The notes under the pieces are model-generated. The model did not search any database. It was not told the DNA's origin and saw only the letters and a list, made by a program, of their open reading frames with translations. A DNA stretch of 64,000 bases from Bacilli bacterium. Its GTDB lineage: Bacteria > Bacillota_I > Bacilli_A > RFN20 > CAG-288. The stretch is taken from positions 555 to 64,554 of the forward strand of contig JAFUFH010000080.1 of NCBI GenBank assembly GCA_017470005.1. The letters run 5' to 3'. Of this stretch, positions 47,766 through 55,965 are shown in pieces; position 1 is the first letter of the stretch; each line of letters opens with the position of its first letter. Both the position numbers and the translations under genes were made by a program.

Positions 47766-47790
47766 AAGGTTCCTTCGGGAACCTTTTTCT
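47766..47790 (+). terminator. Terminator after mscL
   Basis: AAGGTTCC-TTCG-GGAACCTT followed by TTTCTTT. Confidence 0.8.
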
Positions 47791-47815
47791 TTGGCATTTA
47801 ATCTAAGAAATAAGA

Positions 47816-47873
47816 AACAAATGTTACCAACAAGTTTAATAACTTTTTTATAACAAATGTTACCAACAAGTTT
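47816..47873. repeat. Two exact 22-nt direct repeats (AACAAATGTTACCAACAAGTTT), starts 36 nt apart
   Basis: Copies at 47816-47837 and 47852-47873, at the left edge of the AT-rich islet. Confidence 0.9.
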
Positions 47874-48077
47874 TTAAAAATTTAATTTCTATTATTAACT
47901 TCACGTCTGCCCAAATGAGCACACTCATTAAGACGTTTTTTACAAAAAACTATCTCGATTAATCTCTAGGTAGTTTTTTTACTTTTTTAGTCAAAATTAA
48001 TGCGCCTTTGATTTAATCACTGACGGATGAATTTTTATACAATATTATAACTATTAATTCCAAAACAAATTACTACA

Positions 48078-49436
48078 TCATAAACAAAATGTCATATAAA
48101 CAGGAATACAAATAATACCATCTTCTCTAATTGATAAATTCTTTGGATGAATAATATAAGCTTTATCAATTCTATTGCTGAATTTCTCAATAAACTTTTT
48201 CATTGATTCTGCTTTATATGATTTAGAGGATTTGACTTCTAAGGGTATTAGCTTTTGAGAAACTTTACTTCCAGTTGTTAATAAAAAATCTATTTCTATA
48301 TCGTTTCTATGTTTCTCTTCATTATATCTTGTATAAAAATATAATTTATGGCCGTTTGAAACAAGCATTTGGGCAACTATGTTTTCAAAAAACATTCCTT
48401 GATTAATGGATAATTTATCCGACATTAATTCTTTATGATAATTTGTTTGTTCTTCATTATTCTCATCAAATGTGTGCGTTAAAAGTAATCCAGTATCGGC
48501 CATATAGCACTTTACAAAATTTCTTTTTTCATTCAATGACAAGCCTAAATTGGGATCGGTACATAAGAAGCATTCATTACAAATCATAGAATCACTTAAC
48601 CAAAAGAAAGTTTCTTCATAATCAATTGAGGTACTATCCGTCGAAACCGAATTAATTCTTACTCTTTTTTCATGTTGAGATAAAAAAGAAGGAATTTGGT
48701 CAAAGATGGATAAAACTTTCGATTGATAAGCTCTATCTATCTTATGTATATCATCTCGATATGTTTTTAATATATCGCGTTTTTCCCTTTCGCATTGAGC
48801 AAATTGCTTGCTATTTAACAAAAATTCATCCACTGCTTTTGGCATTCCTCCTACAAGCATATATTGTTTAAATAGGAACATCGCTTTCTTGTGAATGGAA
48901 TCGAATAATGGAACTTTTTTTTCGAAGCAATCCTTAATGTACCCAATTAGCATTTCTTCACCTAAAGCCCAAGCAAATTCTTCAAAATCCATTGGAAACA
49001 TTTTTATACTTTGTTCTTCTGAAGGAATAAGAATATCTCTAACATTTTCTTTTATAGATATTAAGGAACCTGTTTCAATAAAATCATACCTTCCATCTTT
49101 CACAAGATGCTTAATTGCTTCTCTGGCTCTGGGGAATTTTTGAACTTCATCAAATATGATTAATGATTCCCTTGGATATAATGGAGTATCAAACTCTAGT
49201 GACAAGACCATAAACAATGAATCTAAACTATTAAGATGATTATTAAATGCTTCTTTCACAGAATTTGTGGTTTTAGAAAAATCAATAAGAATATAACTTT
49301 TATAATTTTTCTTTGCGAACTCTTCTACGACTGTTGATTTACCAATTCTTCGCGCTCCTTCAATCAACATCGCCCTTGACCCTTTGGTCTCATTTTTCCA
49401 CTTTAGTAATTTATCATATATTTTTCTCTTAAACAT
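48078..49436 (-). CDS. AAA-domain ATPase of the DUF4143/COG1373 type
   Basis: MFKRKIYDKLLKWKNE N-terminus, Walker A GARRIGKST, Walker B-like LIIFDEVQ. C-terminal region is typical of DUF4143 proteins. Confidence 0.7.
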   Translation of the reverse strand: MFKRKIYDKLLKWKNETKGSRAMLIEGARRIGKSTVVEEFAKKNYKSYILIDFSKTTNSVKEAFNNHLNSLDSLFMVLSLEFDTPLYPRESLIIFDEVQKFPRAREAIKHLVKDGRYDFIETGSLISIKENVRDILIPSEEQSIKMFPMDFEEFAWALGEEMLIGYIKDCFEKKVPLFDSIHKKAMFLFKQYMLVGGMPKAVDEFLLNSKQFAQCEREKRDILKTYRDDIHKIDRAYQSKVLSIFDQIPSFLSQHEKRVRINSVSTDSTSIDYEETFFWLSDSMICNECFLCTDPNLGLSLNEKRNFVKCYMADTGLLLTHTFDENNEEQTNYHKELMSDKLSINQGMFFENIVAQMLVSNGHKLYFYTRYNEEKHRNDIEIDFLLTTGSKVSQKLIPLEVKSSKSYKAESMKKFIEKFSNRIDKAYIIHPKNLSIREDGIICIPVYMTFCL

Positions 49437-49462
49437 ATCCAAACTCCTTTTACGCAATCATA

Positions 49463-49491
49463 TTATACTCAAAATATCAAAAAAGCGCAAA
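49463..49491 (-). promoter_or_regulatory. Promoter of the DUF4143 ATPase gene
   Basis: Minus strand reads TTGCGC, 17 nt, TATAAT. The -35 lies in one of two ~20-nt repeats, AAAATAT(C/T)(A/C)AAAAAGCGCAA, at about 49472-49491 and 49505-49524. Confidence 0.55.
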
Positions 49492-49833
49492 CAATATAAT
49501 GATAAAATATTCAAAAAGCGCAATTAAAATTTGTAGTTTAATACTTTGTTAGAGTTCTACAGATTGTAAATAGATGAGTTCAAGCAATCTATGGTTCTTA
49601 CCTTAAGAAAACAAATACGAGCCATGCTTTTTCACAATATTTCGGTTATCTCCATAAAGTTATTAATATTTGCAAATTTACCCTCGCTATCGTTACTGCC
49701 ATAATGTATCCTTTTTATGAGATAAGAAGGATCATTTCAACTATTAAGGTTCATGGAAAGTTCCCTTTTTCTTTTGCATTTACTTTCTTAATCATATACA
49801 ATCATAGCAAGGTTAAATTACATATCTATCTTT

Positions 49834-50751
49834 ATGGAAAGTATCACTTGCGCCTATTGTGGTGAATCGAACAAAATCACCGATAAATTCTGTCGCTCTT
49901 GTGGAGGTCCTCTTCACGAAAAGGTCGCAGTAAGAGAAGAACAGAGCTCTTACGATGAAGTCAAAGATCAGACTTCTTCTTTTGAATCTAACCAAAGTGA
50001 AAAGAATGAAGAAGGAAATGTCGTTATCGATGCGAAATACAAAGAGAAGAAAGAAAAGAAAAAAAGTCATTTAAGCTATAAAGCTTACTTTATTATTTCC
50101 ATTCTCACTTACACTCTCTTCTTACTGATTCTTATTGATTTTATTCATCCCTTTTTCTCTATATATTCTATAGAATTCGCTCCAGGAGTCGTTATACCAT
50201 TCACGGTATTTGCTTACGTTCTCTTAATGATTCTTTCTGCTATTTCCTTAGGTCGATTAAATCATGCAATCTCTAATGAATTAACCGCAATCTTCGTTTA
50301 TTCTTTGATCCATCTATTGACGTTTGGTTTAGAGTTTGCAGTAAGCTATATGCTTAGTACGGGAGATTTACCAGAATTCTTACCCACCGCACTTGGTTAT
50401 GTAGACCTTGCTCTTACCATCGGTCTAGCTGTCTTCTTAACGATCAACTTCTTGATGTCCTTAATCAGAGGTAGCGGATCTCTATTGGGATTACCTCTAC
50501 AAGGTGCCTTAACTCTTCTTTCTTTCATTCCTGCTACGTTATCTATCTCTTCCTTATCTACTGACTTTAACACGATCATGAATATCTATAATATCCTTCA
50601 TCCGATGCAGATTGTCTTCGTATGGATTCTGATCGTCGATATCGGTGCCATCTTATTCTTCTTACTGTTCTCTTTAATCTTTAATAAAGCGATTTTCTTC
50701 ATCCGTCCTATAAGATTAAGATATTTACGTCAAAATAAGAAAGAAGAATAA
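49834..50751 (+). CDS. Zinc-ribbon polytopic membrane protein
   Basis: ITCAYCGESNKITDKFCRSCGG, a charged linker, then about 6 TM helices. Confidence 0.6.
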   Translation: MESITCAYCGESNKITDKFCRSCGGPLHEKVAVREEQSSYDEVKDQTSSFESNQSEKNEEGNVVIDAKYKEKKEKKKSHLSYKAYFIISILTYTLFLLILIDFIHPFFSIYSIEFAPGVVIPFTVFAYVLLMILSAISLGRLNHAISNELTAIFVYSLIHLLTFGLEFAVSYMLSTGDLPEFLPTALGYVDLALTIGLAVFLTINFLMSLIRGSGSLLGLPLQGALTLLSFIPATLSISSLSTDFNTIMNIYNILHPMQIVFVWILIVDIGAILFFLLFSLIFNKAIFFIRPIRLRYLRQNKKEE

Positions 50752-50948
50752 CAAGTTTCTTATTCCATTATAGGTTGTTAGATAAAACATGGCATTTATC
50801 AATAGATATTTCGTTTGAAATATCTTTTTTTATATTGAAAAACTGGTATAAGAAGCAAAAAAATTAGAAATATATATAATAGAACTATATTTATTTATAA
50901 GTAAAAATGTTATACAATATTACCGAGATAAAAAAAGGAGATTCAATT

Positions 50949-51470
50949 ATGTCTAAATTCTGTTCCACCTGCGGTTGTGAAGTTGCTGATGATGAGACCA
51001 TTTGCCCAATTTGTAATAGTCCTTTCCCAGCGGTAACCCCTGCTGCTCAACCTGTTGAAACCAAGAAAGTTGATCCGGTTCAATCCTTCGTTCCGGACCA
51101 AGATAGAGTTCAGCCTCAACAGCCTCAACAAGTTCAACAGCCTCAACAAGCACCTGTTCAACAAGCACCCACTCAACAGCCTCAACAGCCTCAACAAGCT
51201 CAACAGCCTCAACAAGCTCCTGGTCAGCAAGCACCCGCTCAGCAAGCACCTCAAGCTGTTCCAAATGGACCTTTGGTCATGTCTATCATTGGTCTTATCT
51301 TCCCTATCCTTGTCTTCTCTCTCATCGGCTTCATCGGCGGTTTGAAAATTAAAGCGCGTTCTGGTAAAAAGATTGCAGCCATCATCATTGGTGCGCTCGG
51401 TTTATTTGAAACCTTAATCGTCATCATTGAAATCTTCGTCATGAGTGGTGTGATTTCAAAATTAGGATAA
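50949..51470 (+). CDS. Zinc-ribbon membrane protein with a Gln/Pro repeat linker
   Basis: KFCSTCGCEVADDETICPICNS, a (Q/P/A)-rich repeat, then two TM helices. Start MSKF lies behind AAAGGAG. Confidence 0.65.
   Translation: MSKFCSTCGCEVADDETICPICNSPFPAVTPAAQPVETKKVDPVQSFVPDQDRVQPQQPQQVQQPQQAPVQQAPTQQPQQPQQAQQPQQAPGQQAPAQQAPQAVPNGPLVMSIIGLIFPILVFSLIGFIGGLKIKARSGKKIAAIIIGALGLFETLIVIIEIFVMSGVISKLG
51111..51256 (+). repeat. Imperfect tandem repeat (CAGCCTCAACA-type units) encoding the QPQQ linker
   Basis: Repeated CAGCCTCAACAAG/CAACAAGCACC units can be seen directly. They also create the spurious antisense ORFs 50943-51254 and 50953-51264. Confidence 0.85.
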
Positions 51471-51473
51471 AAG

Positions 51474-51502
51474 AAAGCGGAGCTTCACTGCTCCGCTTTT
51501 TT
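51474..51502. terminator. Bidirectional terminator between convergent genes
   Basis: AAAGCGGAGC-TTCACT-GCTCCGCTTT with T runs on both strands. Confidence 0.8.
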
Positions 51503-51935
51503 AATGCGTTAACTCGCTCAGAGGTCTCAATCTTTCCACTGTGTGCATATCAATGATTTGAGAGAGGTAAAATATGATGAGATTGGCAAAAGTTTCGTCG
51601 TTTTCACTTCCTACATTGCTTCCGTGGACTTGAAGGAAGCATGTGTCATTCTCTCGTTTAGAGAGATAGGCGCTAAACCATGGACTCTTGGAATTGAACT
51701 CGTTGATGAGACGATACACTTCTAAACTCTCTTCTATCTGATCAAAGACAAAGAAGATATGAAAAGTTCCTTCATCATAAATGGCAATATCAATGGTGAT
51801 ATCATCTTTGTATTCTTCAAAGCGAGTATTGGTGACAATTTCGATGTGGTTTTCCTCGTCTGCTTTGACCTCAAACTTTAAGGATTGTAACGTATCTTTG
51901 ATTCGAGAATAAACTCTCTCTAACATTTCATTCAT
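51501..51935 (-). CDS. Small acidic cytoplasmic protein (144 aa), unknown function; last gene on the operon strand
   Basis: RBS TAGGAGA. No TM segment. I cannot place it securely in a family; a YbjN/chaperone-like fold is only a guess. Confidence 0.5.
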   Translation of the reverse strand: MNEMLERVYSRIKDTLQSLKFEVKADEENHIEIVTNTRFEEYKDDITIDIAIYDEGTFHIFFVFDQIEESLEVYRLINEFNSKSPWFSAYLSKRENDTCFLQVHGSNVGSENDETFANLIIFYLSQIIDMHTVERLRPLSELTH

Positions 51936-51963
51936 GGGCGTTTCTCCTATGCATTTATAAAAT

Positions 51964-51987
51964 TAGATGGGATGAATTTCCCATCTA
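51964..51987 (-). terminator. Hairpin (possible attenuating terminator) after the third coiled-coil paralogue
   Basis: TAGATGGGA-TGAATT-TCCCATCTA followed by ATTTT on the minus strand. The short U tract suggests partial termination. Confidence 0.5.
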
Positions 51988-51995
51988 ATCTTTTT

Positions 51996-53795
51996 TTATT
52001 TCTTATGTTTTTCAAAGTAGAGATTGACATCTTGAGAGATAGCATCAGCTTCAGAGAATTCGGCGTCATATTTTGCTTTCTCCTCATAGAGATGGTCGAT
52101 GATCTCTTTGTATTCGATGCGGTCTCTCTCCGCTTTCTCAACGATGCCTTTCTTCTTCTTGATGTTGGCAAGGAGTGCAAAGACTGCCATGAGAGCAGAT
52201 AAACCAGAACCAGCAAAGGAAGCGATAGCCCCAGGTAAAACATCTTTGGTGAGGGCGAATACACCTAAGGCAATCAAGCCAGCAAATAAGACGATACCGA
52301 TATAGAAGAGAGGTTTGATCGCTTTCTTTAACAGATATGCTTTCTTATTATCGATGAAGGTATCTACCGCTCTCTTATCTGCTTCTTTATCTTTGAATTC
52401 GGTCTGAGTTGCAAAATCATCGATATCGATAGGGAAAGTCTTCGGTAAGAGGTTATGATAACGATAATAATACTGGATATAAGCTTTCTTGGTGTTATCG
52501 ATCAAGAGGCAGAAGATATTCCATCTAGTCAAAGAGTTGATATCCGGATCAGGATTATAGAAGAACCAGTTCATCATCTCATAAGGGAGATTCAAGACAG
52601 AAGCGTCGTGTTTCTTCTTTTCATCTGCTTTATGGATGGCGTATTGATGGAATTCTTCTTTGGTGATGTTCTTCAATTCTTTCTTCAATTCCGGAAGAGC
52701 GGAGACGATATCTTCTAAATCTTTGATTTGACGGATGATAGCTTCTTCCCCTTTAGAAGGAGTTTCAAAGAGTCTATCAAAGGATTTATTCAAGATGGGG
52801 TTATTCTCTCTTAGATGGACATGGCTGATGTCCTCTAAATAATCTAAGATCGCTTGGTTATTCTTAGCAGAAGAGAGCGCGTTAGCCATATTTTGATAGA
52901 CATTGACAAAGCGAGTGAAGTAAGGATATTGAAGGGTTTCCGGAACATCTAATCTCTGGAAATAAGTCAAAATAAAGTTTCTGAATTGAGCATCTTGTTG
53001 CTCGGAAGAACATTCTTTATATTTCTCTAACAAGTGAGAATAAACGACTTTGGGGAATTCGTATTCCTTACCTTCATGAGATTCAATCTCATCCACCTTG
53101 AAAGGAATGATAGAGATCAACATCAAATAGGTGTAGGAATCTTTTCCTAGTGCTTCCATATCAGAGAGGCAGTTAAACCACTTTAAAGCGACATCAAAGC
53201 GGCGCATACGAAGATGGAATAGAGTCATGAAGGTGATGGTGGAGCGCTCATCTAATCTCAAAGCGCCATCTAAAGCTGCTTGACAGGTTACACGGTCATC
53301 GTTTCTCCAAGCCATGATGGCAAGAAGGGCGAAGGTCAACCAATAATCAGGAGCTTGTAAATGTTGCTTTTCAATGGATTGATAAATGAGTTCATCGCTG
53401 ACCATCTCTAAATCGAGATTGTCAACAAAGGCACGAGCAATCTTTCTAACTCTAGCTTGGTTATAGAACTCAAAATAGAGTTTGTTGCTTAAATCACGGA
53501 TGCGTTTTGCCGCGGTTTGAACCTCTTCAAAGATGAGTAACAATTCTCTGATCTGCGCTTTGGTCTGGATGACTTGTTTAAACGTGTTATCTGAGTATTC
53601 TAAATCGTTAGAATCTTTGAGCATCGTCGCATTGATATTGTTGGCAGTAGCATTCAATCTAGAAATATCGTTGCTCGCTTCATCGCGGATTGCATCTAAG
53701 CGACCTTCATATTCTCTGATCTTGCGTTCTACTTCATCAATTTTTCGGTTGAGTTCACCGATGTATCGTCTTAGTTCATTATTATCATAGGCCAT
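51996..53795 (-). CDS. Coiled-coil membrane protein, paralogue D3 of the novel operon
   Basis: N-terminal heptad-rich helix, conserved block DYWLTFALLAIMAWRNDD...LFHLRMRRFDVALKWF, C-terminal 2-TM hairpin and a charged tail. RBS AAAGGAGGG. Confidence 0.7.
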   Translation of the reverse strand: MAYDNNELRRYIGELNRKIDEVERKIREYEGRLDAIRDEASNDISRLNATANNINATMLKDSNDLEYSDNTFKQVIQTKAQIRELLLIFEEVQTAAKRIRDLSNKLYFEFYNQARVRKIARAFVDNLDLEMVSDELIYQSIEKQHLQAPDYWLTFALLAIMAWRNDDRVTCQAALDGALRLDERSTITFMTLFHLRMRRFDVALKWFNCLSDMEALGKDSYTYLMLISIIPFKVDEIESHEGKEYEFPKVVYSHLLEKYKECSSEQQDAQFRNFILTYFQRLDVPETLQYPYFTRFVNVYQNMANALSSAKNNQAILDYLEDISHVHLRENNPILNKSFDRLFETPSKGEEAIIRQIKDLEDIVSALPELKKELKNITKEEFHQYAIHKADEKKKHDASVLNLPYEMMNWFFYNPDPDINSLTRWNIFCLLIDNTKKAYIQYYYRYHNLLPKTFPIDIDDFATQTEFKDKEADKRAVDTFIDNKKAYLLKKAIKPLFYIGIVLFAGLIALGVFALTKDVLPGAIASFAGSGLSALMAVFALLANIKKKKGIVEKAERDRIEYKEIIDHLYEEKAKYDAEFSEADAISQDVNLYFEKHKK

Positions 53796-53813
53796 AGGAT
53801 TACCCTCCTTTGC

Positions 53814-55304
53814 TTACTTGGAAGCAGCTGTGGCTCTTTCTTTGCCCCAGTCGCGATATTTTTTCACCATCTCTGGATTGGTCTTGGAGTAAGAGATGGT
53901 GTCTTGGAAAGCTTTCTTTAATACGGGATAGGAGAATTCTTTCGTGTTTTGGATGAGCATCCTTTCGGATACTCCTTGTATGGTCTGCTCGATATCGGCA
54001 TAAGAGAATCCTTCCGATAAAGAGATAATCTCTTTCATCTGTTCTTGCTCTAAGGAGCAGTGGAAGCAAGAGTAGATGTATTTTTCTACACAGCTTTCTC
54101 TTTCCTGTTCGTTAGGCAAGTCGATGAAGAAGATTTCGGAGAATCTTCCTTTTCTAAACAGCTCGGAAGGTAGCATGGTGACGTCATTTGCTGTCGCAAC
54201 TAGGAAGGTTCTAGATGAGGATTCTTGTAACCAGAATAAGAATTGTCCGATGATTCTTCTTCCGGTATCATTGGATTCATTGTTGGTGGAGAGTGCTTTC
54301 TCAATCTCATCGATCCAGATGACACAGGGTGCCATATTCTCGATGAAGGTGAGAGCTTCAGCCATCTTTCTCTCGCTTTCTCCCACCCATTTATCAAAGA
54401 TGGTGTCGATGTTGAAGCGGTAGAGAGGAAGGGAGAAGTCTTGAGCGATATATTTGGCAGAGAGAGACTTTCCACACCCAGGGATGCCCGTTAAGAGTAT
54501 ACCTTTGGGGTATTTTAAGCCGTAGTTATGTAGCATCTCTTCCGTGGAGAAGAAGATCTTCTTTTTCTCTTCTATCTTCTCTTTAAACTGCTCTAAACCT
54601 GCTAAGTAGATGGGATAATGGATATCGACTAAAGTGACATTAGAGATGGATTCGAAGAGTTTCTTCTTTTGTGAGCCTAGAGAGAAGACATCTTTGGCGT
54701 GCAAACCATCTTGTGAGATCAAAGAGGAAGAGAGGATGTTATCGATCTGTCTTTCGGAAAATCCTCTTAAGACATTGGATGCTAATCTCATATCTTTCTC
54801 TTGGTAATCGATGTTCCCGCCTTTTTGGTATCTCTCGATGAAGGTCTTGACTTGTTGATATCTCTCTTCTTCATCTGGGAAGGATAATTCTGAGATCAAC
54901 CCAAGGTTAGAGAGTCGATTCCAAATGTTTTCTCTAGAGCAGATGAGAAGAGAATTCTCGTTGTCACTTGCCGCATAAACAGCATCGAGAACATCGCGAG
55001 AAAAGAGGTTATCATTATCGAGATGATTGACATCGATGAGGGCAAAGATAGCACCTTTTTTCTTCTTGAAGTAATCTTTGACATAAGCGGCAGGATTGGT
55101 GGTGTTTTCTATGACTTTCATGGAAGGAAACTTATAGATACCGCGAGAGGAAGAGTAAGCAAGAATCTCTTTCTTGATATCGTTTGCGATATCACAGAGA
55201 ATTCTTTCACAGCGCTCCCTTTCATCCGATTTCACAAGAATCAAAGGTGTTCTAGCATAGAGATAGGTCTCTATCTCTTTTTTGGTTTTTTGGTAATTAG
55301 ACAT
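53814..55304 (-). CDS. Classical-clade AAA+ ATPase with a non-canonical N-terminal domain
   Basis: Walker A GIPGCGKS, Walker B VIWIDEIEK, second region of homology LVATANDVTMLPSELFRKGRFSEIFFIDLP. The first ~230 aa lack a P-loop. Start is 55304 (GGAGA plus 6 nt) or 55310. Confidence 0.85.
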   Translation of the reverse strand: MSNYQKTKKEIETYLYARTPLILVKSDERERCERILCDIANDIKKEILAYSSSRGIYKFPSMKVIENTTNPAAYVKDYFKKKKGAIFALIDVNHLDNDNLFSRDVLDAVYAASDNENSLLICSRENIWNRLSNLGLISELSFPDEEERYQQVKTFIERYQKGGNIDYQEKDMRLASNVLRGFSERQIDNILSSSLISQDGLHAKDVFSLGSQKKKLFESISNVTLVDIHYPIYLAGLEQFKEKIEEKKKIFFSTEEMLHNYGLKYPKGILLTGIPGCGKSLSAKYIAQDFSLPLYRFNIDTIFDKWVGESERKMAEALTFIENMAPCVIWIDEIEKALSTNNESNDTGRRIIGQFLFWLQESSSRTFLVATANDVTMLPSELFRKGRFSEIFFIDLPNEQERESCVEKYIYSCFHCSLEQEQMKEIISLSEGFSYADIEQTIQGVSERMLIQNTKEFSYPVLKKAFQDTISYSKTNPEMVKKYRDWGKERATAASK

Positions 55305-55776
55305 CTTCATTCTCCAATCTATTCAGCAGAGCGCTTAAAAGATAGCGCACATTGAAGGAAGTGAGAGAGGGATATTGTTTTAATGTTTCTTGAATCTCCA
55401 CGTAATATTCTTTGATGTTTTCCTTCAAAGAATGAACGAGTTCTTTCCTATTTTTATCGGGAATGAACTTGAGTCTTTTTAAGAAGAAGAGAGAATTCAC
55501 TTGCTCTTCAAATCGAGTGAGGATCACAAGACAGGAAGGAAAGTCACCGATAGAAAGATAACTTCCCAATTCCTTGTTACAAGTCTCCATCTCATAGGTG
55601 AGAGTGTCATTAAGAAAGGGAACAATCTCAGATAAGAAATGAGAGAGAGAATACTTCTTGTCCTCTAACTTTCCTTGGCAAAACAAAGGGATATAATAAG
55701 AAAGATTATGAATCTCTTTGATCTCTTGAAAAGCGTGAATCCAATCGGAATAGTGACGTGGGGATAAAGAGAGCAT
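55297..55776 (-). CDS. Hypothetical 159-aa protein; overlaps the AAA+ gene start
   Basis: ORF with no recognisable motif. Overlaps the downstream AAA+ gene by 8-14 nt, which implies coupling. Confidence 0.5.
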   Translation of the reverse strand: MLSLSPRHYSDWIHAFQEIKEIHNLSYYIPLFCQGKLEDKKYSLSHFLSEIVPFLNDTLTYEMETCNKELGSYLSIGDFPSCLVILTRFEEQVNSLFFLKRLKFIPDKNRKELVHSLKENIKEYYVEIQETLKQYPSLTSFNVRYLLSALLNRLENEDV

Positions 55777-55779
55777 GTC

Positions 55780-55962
55780 TTATTTCTTTCTCAAGAACTT
55801 TTCGGGAGGTTCGATGGACCAAGAAGGTAACTTCTTGTTCAAATCATTGATTTTTTCTGTGGTGAGGTCGACAAGTTCCTCATCATCCTTGGTGAAGTTA
55901 TCAAGATAATTTTCTTGATTCTGATTGACTTTGTTTTCGTTTTCCATAACTGTTTTCTCCAT
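55780..55962 (-). CDS. Small acidic protein (55-60 aa)
   Basis: MEKTVMENENKVNQNQENYLDNFTKDDEELVDL.... The internal ATG at 55947 has the better GGAGA RBS. Gaps to both neighbours are 3 nt. Confidence 0.4.
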   Translation of the reverse strand: MEKTVMENENKVNQNQENYLDNFTKDDEELVDLTTEKINDLNKKLPSWSIEPPEKFLRKK

Positions 55963-55965
55963 TCT

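Noticed and set aside
50943-51345. Three overlapping ORFs of about 100 aa, on both strands, across the QP-repeat region
   Set aside because: They are artefacts of the CAGCCTCAACA-type tandem repeat, which stays open in several frames. Only the plus-strand zinc-ribbon/TM gene (50949-51470) has an RBS and a coherent architecture.
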